Below are positions 54,514 to 63,210 of a stretch of DNA of 64,000 nt, piece after piece. Origin of the DNA: an uncultured delta proteobacterium (GTDB lineage Bacteria > Myxococcota_A > Polyangia > Fen-1088); NCBI GenBank assembly GCA_963755125.1, contig CAVWIP010000010.1, positions 160,001 to 224,000 on the forward strand. The letters are read 5' to 3'. Below the pieces are notes generated by a model. That model had not been told where the DNA came from. It made no database searches and saw nothing but the letters and a program-made list of their open reading frames with translations. Each line of letters starts with the position of its first letter. Within the stretch, counting starts at the first letter, position 1. A program made the translations under genes and the position numbers.

Positions 54514-55725
54514 TCAGGCTCCTCCTTGCAGAAGCTCGAAGCGACGCCGAACCAGCGGCGTGGCCTGGGCGAGGTCATGGTCAATCGCGTCTCCATCCGG
54601 AGTGTACGCGAGTCGCCCGCGATGATCCTTGCCGTCGCGCTCGCTAATGAAGAAGAGGATCTCCTCGTCGCGATGAAGGTGCGTGGGCTGGGGACGCTTG
54701 CAGCCGATGACCACGCAGGCCTTCTGGCTGGTGTGGGGCTGAAAGGTGTTCCGGCCCAGGCCGAGCACGGCCACCACGGCAACCTGCTCCAGCAACCAGG
54801 CCCGCAGGTACGCCCATCGCTCGGCGCCAACCTTGTTGTGAGGAAGCACGATAGCCAGGCGTCCCTGCGGTTTGAGAAGCTCCACGCAGCGCTCGAGAAA
54901 CAAGACATCGCGTTCCGCGCGATGGCCGCGCGCGAGTTCATACGAATCGGCGTACTCGCACCCCACGTCCCCGGCAAAGGGCGGATTGGTCAGCAGGACG
55001 TCGAAGCCTTGGAATCTTGGATCCCGCGCGCGCATGAGATCCTCAAGAACTGCAGTCGATCCGGCTCGCAGGCGCCGCTCCGCGCGTCTCAGGCTATCGA
55101 CCCTCATCAGCCGCGCGGTCGCCTGACCACTGGCTGCCAACATCACGCGGGCAACCCGCAGCGCGCGAGGATCCTGATCGAAGCCCCATACCGAGCACCT
55201 AGGGGCCTGCCCAAGCGCATGGCGAAGAAAGCCGCCCGAGCCGCAAGCCGGATCGACCACGCTCTCGCCAGCCGTGGGCTTGACCATGGCCACCACCTCG
55301 GCGATCACATGCCGGGGCGTGAAGTACTGCCCCTTCTCGCCCTTGGCGGCCTTGGCGACCATGACCTCGAAAATGGCATCAAGCCCGACCATCTCGTCGG
55401 CGAGCAAAGGCATGCCATCCAACAGGGAAGCACAGCGTGCAAGCTCGGGCTCATTCAGCCGCGTGGTGGCTCGAGCCGCAAGAATGCCGGGCCATCGTTC
55501 GCTGGCGGCCCGTAGTAGCCGATTGATTTCGCCCACGGCTCCGTCATCACGGTGCCGCGCTAGAAACGCCAGGCTCGAAGCATCCATTTCGTGCGCCAGC
55601 TTCGCCACCAGCAGCTTGAGCGCCTCCTCGAATGGGTCTTCGCCGCTGTGGGCGCAGATGATCTCGTCGAGTCGGTGCGCCGCAGATTCCCAGTCGCTGT
55701 GGCGAAACCCGTGGCGTCTGGTCAT
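54514..55725 (-). CDS. N6-adenine DNA methyltransferase (HsdM-like)
   Basis: GQYFTPRHV, motif I VVDPACGSGGFL, motif IV LTNPPF and LKPQGRLAIVLP. Confidence 0.9.
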   Translation of the reverse strand: MTRRHGFRHSDWESAAHRLDEIICAHSGEDPFEEALKLLVAKLAHEMDASSLAFLARHRDDGAVGEINRLLRAASERWPGILAARATTRLNEPELARCASLLDGMPLLADEMVGLDAIFEVMVAKAAKGEKGQYFTPRHVIAEVVAMVKPTAGESVVDPACGSGGFLRHALGQAPRCSVWGFDQDPRALRVARVMLAASGQATARLMRVDSLRRAERRLRAGSTAVLEDLMRARDPRFQGFDVLLTNPPFAGDVGCEYADSYELARGHRAERDVLFLERCVELLKPQGRLAIVLPHNKVGAERWAYLRAWLLEQVAVVAVLGLGRNTFQPHTSQKACVVIGCKRPQPTHLHRDEEILFFISERDGKDHRGRLAYTPDGDAIDHDLAQATPLVRRRFELLQGGA

Positions 55726-55851
55726 TGGGCTAGCGCGCCTCCGCCGACCGGAGAGAGCCAGAACAGCCTTTCCATTCGACTGAGCTACTACCTGACAAAC
55801 CGACAAGAGTCCACCCAGTCGCTGCAATCGCAATCCGCCATTCTCCGTCGC

Positions 55852-55867
55852 TGGCACGGGGTTGGCT
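55852..55867 (+). promoter_or_regulatory. Possible sigma54-type promoter
   Basis: TGGCACGGGGTTGGCT = GG-N10-GC with a perfect -24 box and one mismatch in the -12 box. Confidence 0.35.
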
Positions 55868-55975
55868 GACGCGCGTGTAGGACCGCGGCTGACAATACGT
55901 CGCGGTGTTTGCGTACAGCGTTTTCAGCATCGCGTCCGACTGCTTCCGGATCGTGTGGCGCGTACGCTATCAAAC

Positions 55976-56362
55976 GTGAAAACCATCTTGTTGGTCGAAG
56001 GCAACGGCAGCGTTCGCTGGATCGCGCGCAGGCTGCGCGACGCTGGCGCTGGCCGAGTGCTGGAAGTTGCCAACAGGACGGAAGTCGCGCGGCTCACAGG
56101 AAGCCACGCGAGCCTCATCGATATTCTGGCAAGCGAATCCGGCCAACCCCGGCTGGACGCCACGGCGCTTGCCCGGCAACGCTTTGACCGAAGGCCGAGA
56201 CCAAGTTGGCTACAGGCAGCCTGCCCGGCGTCCCTATCCCTCCCCCCCACCCCAAGAACCCCGACCCCGAACGACGCCTTGCAGTTTGCTCGCAGCATCC
56301 GTCCCGACCACCTCCTGCACGCCGTGCGGAAGGCCTTCGACGGCTTTCCGCACGGCGGCTAG
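55976..56362 (+). CDS. Degenerate single-domain receiver (CheY-like) protein or pseudogene
   Basis: KTILLVE.N.SVR...L..AG..VLEVA..IDIL resembles a receiver N-terminus, but the phospho-Asp and KP motifs are not recognisable. Confidence 0.4.
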   Translation: MKTILLVEGNGSVRWIARRLRDAGAGRVLEVANRTEVARLTGSHASLIDILASESGQPRLDATALARQRFDRRPRPSWLQAACPASLSLPPTPRTPTPNDALQFARSIRPDHLLHAVRKAFDGFPHGG

Positions 56363-56467
56363 GAGCGTTCCGCTCTCACTCCCGTCTCCGATCTCGACGA
56401 ACCGGCTCTCTCACAACCTCACGTGGTTTAGGGACCGGGGACGGGAGGGAGAGCGGAACGTGGATCT

Positions 56468-56508
56468 GGGGACCCTGAAAGGGTTCGCTCCGCCCTTCGG
56501 CCCCCCAC
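56468..56508. repeat. REP/MITE-like element, short copy C (opposite orientation)
   Basis: GGGGACCCTGAAAGGGTTCGCTCCGCCCTTCGGCCCCCCAC is nearly the exact reverse complement of 18565-18605. Confidence 0.85.
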
Positions 56509-56512
56509 GCGA

Positions 56513-57517
56513 TTAGGCGGCCGCCCGCGATTTTCGTCTATGCCGCCGCCATAGCGCAAAGACCAGGCCGGTGATGGCAAGCAGCCAGACGCCGAAGAGC
56601 ACGGCCGAGGTGTAGGGGAAGACTAGCCGGAGCGACGAGTTGGGCGTGAGCCGGGTGGGCAGCGCGTGGCGATGGTCGAGGGCCAGAAAATCCATGAGGA
56701 CGGCCACCGTCGCGTGCACGAGAAACCCTGCCCAGATGCTGCGGGTCTTCATCGAGAGCGAGCCCAGCACAACGCCGGCCACCAGGGCTCCACACGCCTC
56801 GAGGTACGGCTTGGGGAAATGGATCATGACGTAGGGACCGACCATGAAGAAAATGGCGTTGCTTCCCAGGCCACGCGATCCCCGCACCCAGAAGCCGCGA
56901 AAAAACACTTCCAAGGTGAAGAATTGGCCCACGTAAACAGCTTCCCAAACCGCGAGGTCGAGCCACGAGCGACTGGTCGAGGGATACATGGGGTAGTAAG
57001 TGCCGAAGTCACCCATGTGAGCGACCAGCGCGAGGATCGGAATCACCACCGACAGGCAAAAAAGATAGATCCACGCGTGCTCAAGAAAGCCACGCACGCG
57101 CAGGCCGAGATCGAGGGGATTCTCCTTGAACAGCAACGGCCAAACCACCAGAGGCAGCAGGTAGACCGCGTAGCGCGACAGGCCCCAGTAGATCCGCCAG
57201 TAGAGATCCTCGTACAGCCAGACCTGGAGAGTCCCGGGATGAGAGGCCTCGTACCGTTTCAAGGCAGGCACGACGCGCGCGTCGAAGAACTCCAGGCTGC
57301 CGAAGTAATTGATGAGGATGAGACAGAACACAGCCAGCACCAGGGTGACTGGCGTGCGCGGGTCCAGGCGTCCCCCGCGCGCCTGGCGATGGGCCAGCGC
57401 TGCGGCGTCCAAGGTCGCCCAGGTGTCGCGGAAGAACCACACGATGACAGGCGCGAGCCCGGCCAGCACGACGACCGAGATCACGAACTGGCCAAGTGGG
57501 TGGTTGAGGATGTTCAT
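56513..57517 (-). CDS. CPBP/Abi-family intramembrane glutamic endopeptidase
   Basis: LEVFFRGF (ExxFRG), MIHFPKP and SIWAGFLVH..A..MD. Multiple TMs. Confidence 0.85.
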   Translation of the reverse strand: MNILNHPLGQFVISVVVLAGLAPVIVWFFRDTWATLDAAALAHRQARGGRLDPRTPVTLVLAVFCLILINYFGSLEFFDARVVPALKRYEASHPGTLQVWLYEDLYWRIYWGLSRYAVYLLPLVVWPLLFKENPLDLGLRVRGFLEHAWIYLFCLSVVIPILALVAHMGDFGTYYPMYPSTSRSWLDLAVWEAVYVGQFFTLEVFFRGFWVRGSRGLGSNAIFFMVGPYVMIHFPKPYLEACGALVAGVVLGSLSMKTRSIWAGFLVHATVAVLMDFLALDHRHALPTRLTPNSSLRLVFPYTSAVLFGVWLLAITGLVFALWRRHRRKSRAAA

Positions 57518-57620
57518 CCGCGCGCCGGTCGGTTATCCCGGATTTCCCGGGTTCCCACAACATGCGCCCTCACCGCGTATGCGTTGACCCAGCCGCCAGA
57601 CCGTGGCAAGACACTCCGTC

Positions 57621-57923
57621 ATGCCGGTAATCAAGTCGATCAAGGACATCGTGGTGGGGCAAGCCTTGCGCTTGGCAGGCAACCCGCGCGTAAGCAAGCT
57701 GGCCAGCGACCCCCGCCTGATGAACGCGGCCATGAAGGCCCTCAGTCTGGGCGGCACGCTCAAGTCCGGGATGGACCGAGCGGGCGGCGTGGCAGCCGGG
57801 GTCTTCGGGTTGGCCACCCAGCAAGAGGTCGCCAGCCTGCGCTCCACCATTCAGCAGTTGGAGGACACGGTGTCCACGCTAGAGGCCAAGACGGCCGCCT
57901 CCAGGGCAGCCCCTTCCCCTTAG
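57621..57923 (+). CDS. Small hypothetical coiled-coil protein
   Basis: ORF with GC3-rich codon usage. FGLATQQEVASLRSTIQQLE is a coiled-coil segment. Confidence 0.6.
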   Translation: MPVIKSIKDIVVGQALRLAGNPRVSKLASDPRLMNAAMKALSLGGTLKSGMDRAGGVAAGVFGLATQQEVASLRSTIQQLEDTVSTLEAKTAASRAAPSP

Positions 57924-57930
57924 CAGAATC

Positions 57931-59274
57931 CTACTGCGGGCAAGCCGGGGCGAACCCGAGCGGCGGCAAGCCGAAACAGGTGTGGGTCTGCCCAGAGCCG
58001 CTCAGGGCCAAACAGGTTGGGGCCGCCCAGCAAGTCTGTCGGTTCGCGCCTGGATCACAAGCTGTCACCAGCCGGCCTTGTGGCTGCGTGACGTAGTCGA
58101 TTTCGATATGGACGCCGGCCAGCGCTTCCGTCCCGATCGCGCCGTCGACCTGAGCGCCCGAGGGGAAATCTTCGTTGAGGCTGCTGATGAGGTCGCTGGT
58201 GTCGCTGATGACGGCGGCGGGCAGGTTGGAGCCGGCCTCCAGGTAGGCGGCAGCCGGCAAGGCCACTCCTCCACTGACGTCGCACGGCTGAAAGCAGGCG
58301 CCATTCCCCTGGTTGGCCAGCGTCCATTCGATGCGGCGGTCGCGCGCCAACTCGGCGCAGGCCCCTGGCCATGGGTCGCCCGAATCTCCATCTACCAGCG
58401 CCAAGCGCGACACGGTCACCCAGTGCGCAGGAATGGGATCGGCGACAAGAGGTGAGTAGAGCGGTGACTCACCCGCCCCCAGCGGCGCCGGCATGTCGCC
58501 GCCCAGCCGCTGCCATGCACTCGCGCTCAGCACCAGCGGGCCGTGCCCCGTGCTGAGCGCGAGAAGAAGATTCGTTCCTGCCGCCTGTACCTCGACCTCT
58601 CCCGCGCCGCAGGTTTGCGCCGGCCCGTCAGGAGAGAATGCCGGAGGGTTGCCGCACACCCGCATCACCACGCGGCTGGACGGTAGACCCGGCAGCCCAT
58701 TTCCCGAGGCGGTCGCCGCTGGCGTATCGCCGCGCAGGCTGAACTTCATCACGGCGTAGCCATCCGCCGCCAGATCGGAATCACTTGCTGGAAGGCTGCT
58801 GTAGATAGTCATGGTGGCAGGCTGGGCCGGGTCACGCGGGAGCACGAATGCCAGCGAGAAGTTGTGCAAGATATCTCCGCCCAGAACTCCAGCCACTTGC
58901 GTGTTGGCGTCTCCTACCGCGCCCGCGCAAATATCGAAGAGGGTCACGTCGCGAAATGAAGCTCGCAGAGGCGCCGGGCCGTTCCCGGCACCGAGCAGCT
59001 GAATGTTCCCATCATAGGCCACCGGTTCTGGAGTGGATGAGGGACAGCCCCCGCGGCGCAGGCTGGACAGCAGTGAGCCCGTGTCAATGACCAGCGCCGG
59101 GGTGCCGGAGCCCACTTCCACCCTGGCCAGCGTGGCCCCCAAGGCTGGGCCGCCGGGTTCCGCGGGCGCGCGCTGCAGAGTGATGGGACGCGAATCGTAC
59201 TCGAACACCGGCTCCCCGCTGCAGCCAGGGAACGCGAGAAAGAAACAAAGGGCGGTGAACAGTCTCGCGAACAT
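57931..59274 (-). CDS. Lipoprotein with aspartic-protease-like (retropepsin-type) domains
   Basis: Lipobox FPGC. LVIDTGS...VAGVLGGDIL, with a second degenerate repeat LALSTG...VDGAIGTEAL. Cys-rich C-terminus. Confidence 0.6.
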   Translation of the reverse strand: MFARLFTALCFFLAFPGCSGEPVFEYDSRPITLQRAPAEPGGPALGATLARVEVGSGTPALVIDTGSLLSSLRRGGCPSSTPEPVAYDGNIQLLGAGNGPAPLRASFRDVTLFDICAGAVGDANTQVAGVLGGDILHNFSLAFVLPRDPAQPATMTIYSSLPASDSDLAADGYAVMKFSLRGDTPAATASGNGLPGLPSSRVVMRVCGNPPAFSPDGPAQTCGAGEVEVQAAGTNLLLALSTGHGPLVLSASAWQRLGGDMPAPLGAGESPLYSPLVADPIPAHWVTVSRLALVDGDSGDPWPGACAELARDRRIEWTLANQGNGACFQPCDVSGGVALPAAAYLEAGSNLPAAVISDTSDLISSLNEDFPSGAQVDGAIGTEALAGVHIEIDYVTQPQGRLVTACDPGANRQTCWAAPTCLALSGSGQTHTCFGLPPLGFAPACPQ

Positions 59275-59277
59275 GGT

Positions 59278-60792
59278 CTAGAAGCTAACCGTGGTCATCA
59301 ATGCCAGCGTCTGCTGCAACATCTTGTAGCTGCCGGCCGCCGTCGGACGCGCCTGGCCCGCGAGGCGGGTCTGGCAGGCGGGCAAGGCCAGATCGCCGGC
59401 CGCCTGCGCGCAGGCTGTGGCGGCCGCGGGATCGAACACCGAAGTGCCGACGGTCACGGGAAACATCCAAGTCAGCGCATAGCCTGCTTCGATCCGAAAA
59501 TGGCGTCCGAGCCTGAACTCCGCCGCCAGCGCGGGCTCGAGCTTCAGCCCGTCCACCGCGGCTGCATTCACGTTGTCCGTTGGCACCGCCGAGGTTTCCA
59601 TGCGCAGCGTCCCGCTCCAGCGGAACCAGGGCACCGGCGCGTGGACAAGGCGCGCCCGCGTGTCCCAGCTATCCTGGAAACCGCGATACAAGACCAACTG
59701 ATCAGGGATACTGCTGCCCAGAAGACCGTTGCCGCTTGGGCCGACGACGCGAATCTTGATCTGATCGTACGAACCGTAGCGAACCCAGCGGACGATACCA
59801 ACCGCGTCTAGGTGCGGGGTGGCATGCCAGGTCACCCCAGCGGTGAAGATATCAGGCAAGTGGTAGCTAATCTCGCCGGACACACACGGATCATGCCCGA
59901 GCGCAGAACAGAGATCACTTGTCCCTGCCATTGGTGGAGGCGTTACCTGACTGCGTTCCATGGCCAGATTGACCATTCCGCCGCTCCCTAGGGGCGCACT
60001 CATGTAGGCCAGTCCCGCTTCCCAGGCCGCTCGGCGATAGTGAAGGCCGCCCACCACGAAGTACGATGGCGCCTGCGTTCCCTGCGTCGCCAGGTCGTAG
60101 CGTGCCGCCGCCAAAGAGTTCTCCACGCCGCACGGACCGCTGGTTTCACAGCTTGCCGATGGGTTGCCCAGCGCCGTGTCCTCGTCGAAAACCAGATGGC
60201 CGTAGCTGAAGAGTAGCCCGGGCGCGACACCGACTTGCAACGAATCCGTCAGTTGGATGGCCAGCCCGGTTACCAGCGCGAGCTGTCGAGAGTCGACGGT
60301 CACCAAATGATAGCGCGTGGGTTGCTCGCCACCGGCCGCCACGCCGAAGTTGAGCTTCTGCGAAAAAGGCGTGTAGGCGGCGATGGCCAGGGCGAATCGC
60401 CGCGCCACGCCCGCGCCCACCCCGAGAAAGCCTCCGGGCCCGGGCGGCCAGCCGATGGGCTGTTCCAGACCATGGCCGGATGCCGACGGGAAGCTGCTCG
60501 TTCCGCCCGGCAGCCCCGTCATTGGATCGATCGGTGCTCGATCGACCGTGACGCGGGTCGCGCGCAGCGAAGATCCGAACATGAACTGATTCCCCTGCAG
60601 CATGCCCAGGGCCGCCGGATTCCAGTACACCGCCGTCAAATCGCCGGTGGTGGGACCGGAAAAGCCAAGACTGCCCACGTGAGGATCGTCCAGCGGACCG
60701 GCCAACGCCGGCATCGCAACCACCAGCAAGAATGCGGTCAGCAACAGTCCAGCCGCGTGGGGAGCCGGAGAGCTTTGCTCGCCGCGCACCAT
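59278..60792 (-). CDS. OmpP1/FadL-family outer-membrane transporter
   Basis: Signal peptide (MPALA), TAVYWNPAALG, AYTPF, beta-strands and C-terminal Phe. Start placed at ATG 60792; the longer ORF to 61056 is translated repeat DNA. Confidence 0.78.
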   Translation of the reverse strand: MVRGEQSSPAPHAAGLLLTAFLLVVAMPALAGPLDDPHVGSLGFSGPTTGDLTAVYWNPAALGMLQGNQFMFGSSLRATRVTVDRAPIDPMTGLPGGTSSFPSASGHGLEQPIGWPPGPGGFLGVGAGVARRFALAIAAYTPFSQKLNFGVAAGGEQPTRYHLVTVDSRQLALVTGLAIQLTDSLQVGVAPGLLFSYGHLVFDEDTALGNPSASCETSGPCGVENSLAAARYDLATQGTQAPSYFVVGGLHYRRAAWEAGLAYMSAPLGSGGMVNLAMERSQVTPPPMAGTSDLCSALGHDPCVSGEISYHLPDIFTAGVTWHATPHLDAVGIVRWVRYGSYDQIKIRVVGPSGNGLLGSSIPDQLVLYRGFQDSWDTRARLVHAPVPWFRWSGTLRMETSAVPTDNVNAAAVDGLKLEPALAAEFRLGRHFRIEAGYALTWMFPVTVGTSVFDPAAATACAQAAGDLALPACQTRLAGQARPTAAGSYKMLQQTLALMTTVSF

Positions 60793-61045
60793 CGCGGGAG
60801 GGGTTGGCGAGGCCGAGCGAAGCGAGCGGGGGGGGGTGGCGGGTCGGGGGCCGAAGGGCGAAGCAACCCCTCCCAGGGTTCCCATGTTGGAGTCCGCGGG
60901 AGCGCGTCGGCTCCCCTTTCGGGGATTTCGGGACGGCCCGCCACCCTGCCCGCCCCGCGCACTTCGCGCGCGCCCTCGTTGCCGGCGCCGTGCGTGGCGC
61001 ACCATCGCGGGAGGGTGTCGGAACCCTTTCAGGGTTCCCATGTTG
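60785..61045. repeat. REP/MITE-like element, composite copy D (two tandem units)
   Basis: GCGCACCATCGCGGGAGGG at about 60786 and 60997; CAGGGTTCCCATGTTG at about 60874 and 61030. Internal TTGGCGAGGCCGAGCGAAGCGAGCGGGG, CCCCTTTCGGGG and GCGCACTTCGCGCGC. Confidence 0.87.
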
Positions 61046-61202
61046 AAGTGCTGCACGACGCTCAGGTCTACACACTATCGCGAGGGCCGGCCGCCGTCGA
61101 CATCCGCATCTCGTGGCGCGGACAGGTTCGCTGCAAGCGCCGCGACATTGACCAGCCCCCAGCGGTGTTTCCAGTAAGAGCAAGAACAAAGGAACAGCCG
61201 CC

Positions 61203-61475
61203 ATGAGAACCTCTCATTCACACAGGGAACCCATCGGGAAACCCGCAGCACGGGAGGGCGCCAACCAAACCCAGTTGGCGGGCCGACTCGATGAGCTTCT
61301 CACACAGGCTGCGACCTTGGCCTCGGAAAACGGCCTGCCGCCCGATGCCTTTGCCGCAGCAGCGTGGCATGCGTACCTGCGGGCCTCACCTGCCCTGGCC
61401 GAACACATCGAGCAACTCCAGTTCGCGGCAGGCATTGAGGAAATGCGCAATGCGGGCCGGCTGGCCAAAGCCTAG
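61203..61475 (+). CDS. Small hypothetical protein
   Basis: 90-aa ORF with AAGGA RBS and helical composition (F..AAW.AYL.A.P.L.EH.E). Confidence 0.55.
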   Translation: MRTSHSHREPIGKPAAREGANQTQLAGRLDELLTQAATLASENGLPPDAFAAAAWHAYLRASPALAEHIEQLQFAAGIEEMRNAGRLAKA

Positions 61476-61517
61476 CCAGGCGCGTGGGGGCCCGAGGGCC
61501 GTTCCACCGCTCCCATA

Positions 61518-62318
61518 TCAACGTCTGGGCAGGCCAGGCACCACGCCACGCGGATCGACTGACTCGCGGTTGCGCCATAACTCAAGTGAGATGACGGCGG
61601 CACCGTCCAGGTTGCGACCCGCCAGACCGAGGGTCTGTCCCGGTTCCACAGGTTCGCCAGGAGCAACCACCACGCCGCGCAGGCCCGACAAGACGCTGAC
61701 CCATCTTGCCGGGTGCTGTGTCACTACGGCGTAGCCACCCTGGGGCAGGTTTTCCACGCGACGGATCACACCAGCAGCCACAGCCCTCACAGGTTCGTTC
61801 AATCTGGCCAGCAACTCAATTCCGTCGTGACGCAACTCAGTCCCCATGGGGGCGTCACGAAGGATGCCAGGTACGCCCACCATGGTGCCACGCACCGGGC
61901 GCGCAAAACGGCGGAGGGATTCACCTGTGTCTGCAGGCACTTCCGCCCGCCGGCCGCACGCCCGTTCAAGTGCCACCCGTTCGGCACGCACATGATCGAG
62001 TTCATCGGTCAGGGTGCGAGTCTCGGCAAGTCCCTTGCCGAGTGAAAGCAGGGCCACATCAGCCGATTCCGCATCGTCCAGTCGTGACTCCGGGCTGCTC
62101 ACGAAGCCTAGCTCGCGTCGGCGCGAAAGGCGGTAGGCCAGCAGCGCCTGCTCGCGCACTCGGACTTCTGCCCCTTCTTTCTGTCCTTCCAGCACCTCCT
62201 GCCTCTTGGCAAGACGTTGGGCGAGTCTGGCATCCTCGTCGACCGGATCGGCCCACGCGACGGTGGCTAACACGAGCGAGAGCGCGTAGACGATCACACT
62301 CTTGTTGGAACTAGGCAT
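61518..62318 (-). CDS. envC: EnvC-like murein hydrolase activator (coiled coil + degenerate M23/LytM domain)
   Basis: Signal peptide, coiled coil, HDGIEL, PVRAVAAG and V..GE.VEPGQTLG. Zn-ligand motifs are absent. Follows ftsEX. Confidence 0.72.
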   Translation of the reverse strand: MPSSNKSVIVYALSLVLATVAWADPVDEDARLAQRLAKRQEVLEGQKEGAEVRVREQALLAYRLSRRRELGFVSSPESRLDDAESADVALLSLGKGLAETRTLTDELDHVRAERVALERACGRRAEVPADTGESLRRFARPVRGTMVGVPGILRDAPMGTELRHDGIELLARLNEPVRAVAAGVIRRVENLPQGGYAVVTQHPARWVSVLSGLRGVVVAPGEPVEPGQTLGLAGRNLDGAAVISLELWRNRESVDPRGVVPGLPRR

Positions 62319-63210
62319 CGACCCAGCCGGACACAGGGGTTGAAAGGTAACCGAGCGCCCAACCGAGCACTGGAGCAACCAAGAGAGCCACGGCTGACTC
62401 CCAGAAGCCCAGGAAGAGCCCGGCTGGCGTCGGCATGATACCGAGCGCACTCTCGACCCCCCTCAGCAACACAGGCCATGCGAGGTGCAACACCAGCAGC
62501 GCGGCGAGCGCGCCCGTAAGCCCCGCCACGGCAAGCGCGATGTTCGCGGGCAGGCGGATGTTCGCTGGAGTCTCGCCGAGGATCACCAGAACCTGCGCCT
62601 GGCGCCGGCGTGCGTCCCTGCCACGCACGACTGTGCCTACCAGAAACGAGAGGGCCAAGATGCCGGCAGCCAGAACCACAGCCCAGCCCAGGCGTTGGCC
62701 GAAGCGAATCCATGCAGCGAGGCGAGCCACACCCTCGGTCATGGCATCCACCTCTGTCACCCCTGCCACCCCGCGGAGACGTCGCGACAGCTCCGCTGCC
62801 CGCTGAGGCAGGTCTGGCGAGGCAGCAAGCGCGACTTCGATCGAACGCGGAAAATACCCCGGGTCGAGATCGTTCAGCCACGAGCCGGCGGAGGACGGCC
62901 GCGCGGCGTCCCGCAGCCGTGCGAGAGCTTCGGCCGGCTCGACCAAGCGGACGCGAGCCACGCCAGGCCCACGTCGAAGCAGGTCGGCCAGATGAGAAGC
63001 TTGGTCCGGTTCCATCTCGTCCCGCAGAAAGGCGATCACGTGCACGCTCTGGCCCATGATGCCCATCCAACCTCGCGTCACGCGCAGCCCCAGGACGGTT
63101 GCGCCACCGACGAGACCCAGCAACAAGAACGAGCCGGCAGCGGCCCACAGCGCGTGGCGCTGAGAGGGCGATTGCCGCCGTGCCCGGCGCACAATCCAGG
63201 CGAGTGTCAT
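62311..63210 (-). CDS. ftsX: Cell division permease FtsX-like
   Basis: One TM, a periplasmic loop (PGVARVRLV..EALARL..FPRSIEV..GVTEVD) and three more TMs. Overlaps ftsE. Confidence 0.78.
   Translation of the reverse strand: MTLAWIVRRARRQSPSQRHALWAAAGSFLLLGLVGGATVLGLRVTRGWMGIMGQSVHVIAFLRDEMEPDQASHLADLLRRGPGVARVRLVEPAEALARLRDAARPSSAGSWLNDLDPGYFPRSIEVALAASPDLPQRAAELSRRLRGVAGVTEVDAMTEGVARLAAWIRFGQRLGWAVVLAAGILALSFLVGTVVRGRDARRRQAQVLVILGETPANIRLPANIALAVAGLTGALAALLVLHLAWPVLLRGVESALGIMPTPAGLFLGFWESAVALLVAPVLGWALGYLSTPVSGWVDA

Noticed and set aside
60827..60837. Poly-G run in repeat copy D as a phase-variation tract for the FadL-like gene
   Set aside because: It lies upstream of the most likely start (60792) in a variable part of the repeat. 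It would matter only if the longer start is used.
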